38,053 bases of DNA, taken from contig NMRA01000065.1 in assembly GCA_002633005.1 (NCBI GenBank), positions 13,164-51,216 on the forward strand, in the 5' to 3' direction. Source of the DNA: Phoronis australis (lineage: Eukaryota > Animalia > Phoronida). Below the pieces are notes generated by a model. That model searched no databases. It was given only the letters and a program-made list of their open reading frames with translations, and was not told the DNA's origin. The translations under genes and the position numbers were made by a program. This document shows positions 34,701-38,053 of this stretch, one piece after another. The first letter of the stretch is position 1, and every line of letters begins with the position of its first letter.

Positions 34701-35335
34701 TGCGTCAACGACACAGCGCCTGTTGACTTCCGCCTAAGAAATCCATACTGTGGAATAGAAGATTAATTATAACGTGACAAGACATGAGAAGCAAAATGAT
34801 GTTGTATGCCAGATTCTTTCCATATCAGTAGTGGAGACCTGAGCTGATGCAATGAAACTGATGACATTCATTCTGTACGTGCGAGAACTTCCCGAAAACC
34901 AAAGATTACAAAAACTTTGCAAGACATCGACAGCCATGTATTACAAGTCAGGACTTGACATAAGTGAGTAAATGTTTGAAAACACAAGTGGAAAAGTAAA
35001 TATGAGTAGAAAATTGACCTCACTACTATCACTCATATGCCCAAGTGGATTTTCGGCATCTTTTTGGTCGCCATCATTTACGAGCCCAAATCCAAAAATA
35101 CAAGTGGCAGATATGTTGTCACTGGTGCTTTCGTGCGGACATTTTCACCGAGTGCCGAGCACTGCAAGTGATCACACCAGCTCCCTTCATGAGGTTCCCA
35201 TGGAAACAGAACACATGACATGCTTACCTCGTAGTAGTTAACATCACTGAAACTGATGGACAGAAGGACGGTGAGAAGAATAGCAGCCAGCGCAACAGCC
35301 CCACCAATCACAACACCTTTTCCATCTTCCGACAT
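28456..35335 (-). CDS. SPFH/band-7 (prohibitin/erlin/HflC-like) single-pass membrane protein, 6 coding exons, 332 aa
   Basis: Exons 35335-35228, 34747-34583, 33906-33787, 32902-32776, 31657-31452, 28728-28456. All GT-AG and in phase; total 999 nt. N-terminal TM helix, [55 protein letters not shown] and an Ala-rich coiled coil ([21 protein letters not shown]) follow the SPFH layout. Family assignment is by pattern recognition only. Confidence 0.82.
28760..29950. mobile_element. HINE/pearl-like element with ~120-155-bp tandem subrepeats (~435-bp higher-order unit) in the last SPFH intron
   Basis: A CCACTAGRTGGCGC-like core recurs at ~28854, 28981, 29098, 29232, 29389, 29534, 29681 and 29826. 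Blocks 29100-29400 and 29535-29840 are collinear. Ends in CAGACGGAC. Confidence 0.7.
31452..31657 (-). CDS. SPFH protein, coding exon 5
   Basis: [49 protein letters not shown]...VTEQE|GTAAGA. Confidence 0.85.
32776..32902 (-). CDS. SPFH protein, coding exon 4
   Basis: [42 protein letters not shown]; donor G|GTGGGT. Confidence 0.82.
33787..33906 (-). CDS. SPFH protein, coding exon 3
   Basis: Acceptor TCTTTCAG; [40 protein letters not shown]; donor AAA|GTGAGC. This frame is not in the ORF track. Confidence 0.85.
34583..34747 (-). CDS. SPFH protein, coding exon 2
   Basis: Acceptor TTCCACAG; [55 protein letters not shown]; donor GAG|GTATGG. Confidence 0.85.
35228..35335 (-). CDS. SPFH protein, first coding exon (signal-anchor helix)
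   Basis: [36 protein letters not shown]|GTAAGC. An upstream acceptor (TTTTAG near 35369) implies a non-coding 5' exon. Confidence 0.85.
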
Positions 35336-35689
35336 CTTTCTTTAATTGTTTGAAGCTCAGAAACCAGCTAAAATGCATCAATTATAAATATTTGTACAAA
35401 ATTAGGCAATACAACACGTTGCCTGTCATAAGCATATGGGTGATAACCTTGTATTGGAGCTGCTCCACCGATTTACTTTAATGTTGATTAACAAAATAAA
35501 GTATTCTTCACAATATGTGTGAAAAGAGTTACCTGTCAATAATAGATTGGATATAAATACACTTATGTCAAATCTACAAACTCCCTTTCATTTTTGGCCT
35601 AAACGTGCAAATTATAGGTCACCTAACCAAAAAATAAATGGCTGAAAGAGAACATGGGTGACAATATACGAATTTTAAAAAGAGGCCAA

Positions 35690-35880
35690 GTAAATTGCAG
35701 AGGAGGTAGTGCTGTCTAGTGCTGTCTTTTACTCAAGGTCGGGGGTTCAAGTTCCACTGAGGCACACTGCTAAACCCTTAAGTCTCTAGCTCCTCAGCTC
35801 AGTTTTAACAAAATATTAATAAAGTATAAACATGGTTCCAGGTGATCACTGGGTGCACTGGGCCTGAGCTCGTCAGGTAC
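35690..35880 (+). mobile_element. Possible decayed tRNA-derived SINE
   Basis: B-box-like GGTCGGGGGTTCAAGTTCCACT near 35737-35758, followed by a SINE-core-like AAGTATAAACATGG; the A box is weak. Confidence 0.3.
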
Positions 35881-36271
35881 AATATATACCAAACTGCCTG
35901 CAGTAAATTGCACTAGTAATAAGATTGAATTTAAACAACTTAATTGCATGATTAAAGGATTGACCAGTAAGTCTGAGCTTATTGGGCTTTCTGATTTTCA
36001 ATTTATATTTTCACTCTTGTCACCAGCTCCCAGCGATACTGGTGATTATCGCTTGGCAAGTTACCTTAAGTACCAATAGTTGGCCTACAAGTTGGTGACA
36101 TACATTCACCTAATAATGACATTACATTCATATACAATCCGCCCATTAAACTTTGATTTAATCAAACACGTAATTATGTTTTGGATTAAACCAAATCACT
36201 AGTAGGCGAAACAAACATTTCATCCTTCATTGTACAACAATAAGAGACGTAACTGATGATGTGAGCTGGTG

Positions 36272-36673
36272 GTGTTTTTTCATCTAACAATTGTTTAAGT
36301 TAGAATATGAGACTTTTATTGGTCACCTTTTAGCAGTATGTGACAGCGAGTATACAAGTACTTGTTAATTTTACTGCTGACCTGGAAATAACTTCAACTA
36401 TTACAATAATTCAAATGTCTTTTTGGTGTAAACTCTAAGTACAAAAAATTAAATTCTATTAAATGTACTTCAGTGTTTTTTCATCTAACAATTGTATAAC
36501 TCAGAATATGAGACTCTTATTGGTCAGCTTTTAGAAGTACTTGACAGCGGGTATACTAATGCCTGCTACTTTTACCGCTGACCAGGAAATAATGTCAACT
36601 ATTACAATAATTCAAACGTCTTTTTGGTGTAAAGTCTAATTACAAAAAATTGTCTATAAAATGTACTCCAGTG
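36272..36673. repeat. 201-bp tandem duplication (diverged)
   Basis: GTGTTTTTTCATCTAACAATTGT...AGAATATGAGACT...CAACTATTACAATAATTCAAA...TTTTTGGTGTAAA starts at 36272 and 36473. Confidence 0.9.
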
Positions 36674-37164
36674 ACTATGTTTCTGCAGACATATAAATAA
36701 GTTGTATTTGCAACTGAAGTTCAACTCCTCCATACCGTCCTTGACCTTGAACCAACAAAGTGCGAAGTGTGTTTGGGTTTTTGGGAACATTTCTGTGCTT
36801 TGACTGCAAATTTGCTAACTCGCTGGAGCAGGACATCGTGAATGGTATTATAAAAACAACAATTTCCCATGGTTTGTTGAACCCGTTTTGTGTAAATTTA
36901 TTGAGATATGTGTTTAATATGAACGGCTGAATCGAAGCACCCGTGCAATTTCTAGTCCCGAGTGTCATACCTTGTACTACAAGGTATGATGTAGTATTAT
37001 ATGTAGTATTGGGGACGATCAGAAGCTGAGAATGCCTGTGGCCAAAGTCAAATGTTCTCACTTAAAAATACACGGCAATATCTCACGTAATCTTGGTTTT
37101 CAGCGAGGTCCTATAGCGTTACTGAACCGAAGACTGGTTACTGCTTTCCATGGCTTGCGGCTAT

Positions 37165-37221
37165 TAGGCAATGACCATCGCCTCTGTTGGCCCGATCAAC
37201 AGAGGCAATGGTCATTGCCTA
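37165..37221. mobile_element. 57-bp foldback hAT-like mini-MITE with perfect 8-bp TSD
   Basis: TAGGCAATGACCATCGCCTCTGTTG-gcccgat-CAACAGAGGCAATGGTCATTGCCTA, with GCGGCTAT at 37157-37164 and 37222-37229. A related copy lies at ~12154-12197. Confidence 0.85.
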
Positions 37222-38053
37222 GCGGCTATTCAGATACTAGAACAGTTAAACACATCCACAGTAGCCTACCTCGGGGAGGGCAATATCAACAAACTAATAG
37301 AGGTAAACTGACAATCTACAATGAAAATTTAGATCACAAGAGACAGGTAACTCGTCTGCCTAAACAGTGACCAGTCAGGAGTGCGCCAAATGCGGTCTGG
37401 TCACTGTGCACTCACCCGTAAGCCTAAGTACTAGGCTACTTACTCGGCAACACGTACTGTAGCCCTTGAATTTGATCAGCTGCCTGTAGCATTCAGGCCG
37501 ATTCAGGGCGATGTACACTCCGAAACCCTATAGTCGTCCGCCTAAGCATAAAACCGGCTTGTTGTCTTACTCACTCAATTATTCCACTTCAAAGTTATGA
37601 TCTGAATAGGACTTGATTTAACTCTCACAAATATATAGTATTCGTTGATTCAAACGTTTTCTTTTACTTAAGCCGAGTTGTTCAAATGTGCATTGCTTTT
37701 CGGCAGCCATTTTATAATGACACCTATGGTCGTCATGTGCTGCCGCCTTTTGAAAGGACAGAAAACCACACATAAAAAGGCCAAGAAAATAGTGGAAAGT
37801 GGTTTACAGCAACTCTACTTCAACCACAAACTGTTTTACTGGTATGATATCGATTTTTAAATCGATTAAAATTGATTTAGAATTTCAGTTCTGGAAAATA
37901 AATCACAATTGTTTTATTCCAGGCAGACCTTACTTATTTTGTATTTGTGACCTCTTTATTTGACTTTTTGCTCTTGTTGTTCTTAACATCACTTATCTCT
38001 GCTGTCCTTCTTTTTCTTTTCAGTTTCTCTTCATTCTCTGTTAACACCTTGTC

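Noticed and set aside
13850-35335. PDE12 + SPFH as a functional immune 'operon'
   Set aside because: Convergent eukaryotic neighbours; adjacency alone is not evidence of a shared pathway without conserved synteny or co-expression data.
36675-37370. 128-aa and 112-aa ORFs
   Set aside because: They overlap MITE/hairpin repeats and have no protein-like motifs.

Overview
Eukaryotic, AT-rich, intron-containing genomic DNA, inferred to be from an invertebrate animal, with assembly gaps at 6828-6848, 11499-11653 and 14569. Three protein-coding genes can be reconstructed by hand. (1) The last, 2.2-kb exon of a GRL101-type LDLa/LRR GPCR (+, 2093-4286; the 5' exons were not located and probably lie upstream of the window). 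(2) A complete 8-exon PDE12 (2',5'-phosphodiesterase 12, EEP/CCR4 family; +, 13850-24407, 611 aa). (3) A convergent SPFH/band-7-like membrane protein with 6 coding exons and a Cys-rich insert (-, 28456-35335, 332 aa). Non-coding DNA is full of small non-autonomous mobile elements. The most notable is a miniature LTR element (TRIM) in PDE12 intron 1: its LTR carries a tRNA-like Pol III promoter, and it has a tRNA-Ser primer-binding site, a polypurine tract and a 4-bp TSD. Also present are a 1.39-kb CAC...GTG element with ~170-bp TIRs and a 5-bp TSD (Transib/RAG-like signature), two opposite-orientation HINE/pearl-like elements whose tandem repeats each carry a CTCF-like motif, several MITEs including a 57-bp hAT-like foldback, a LINE fragment and tandem duplications. 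Most short ORFs in the supplied track are spurious.
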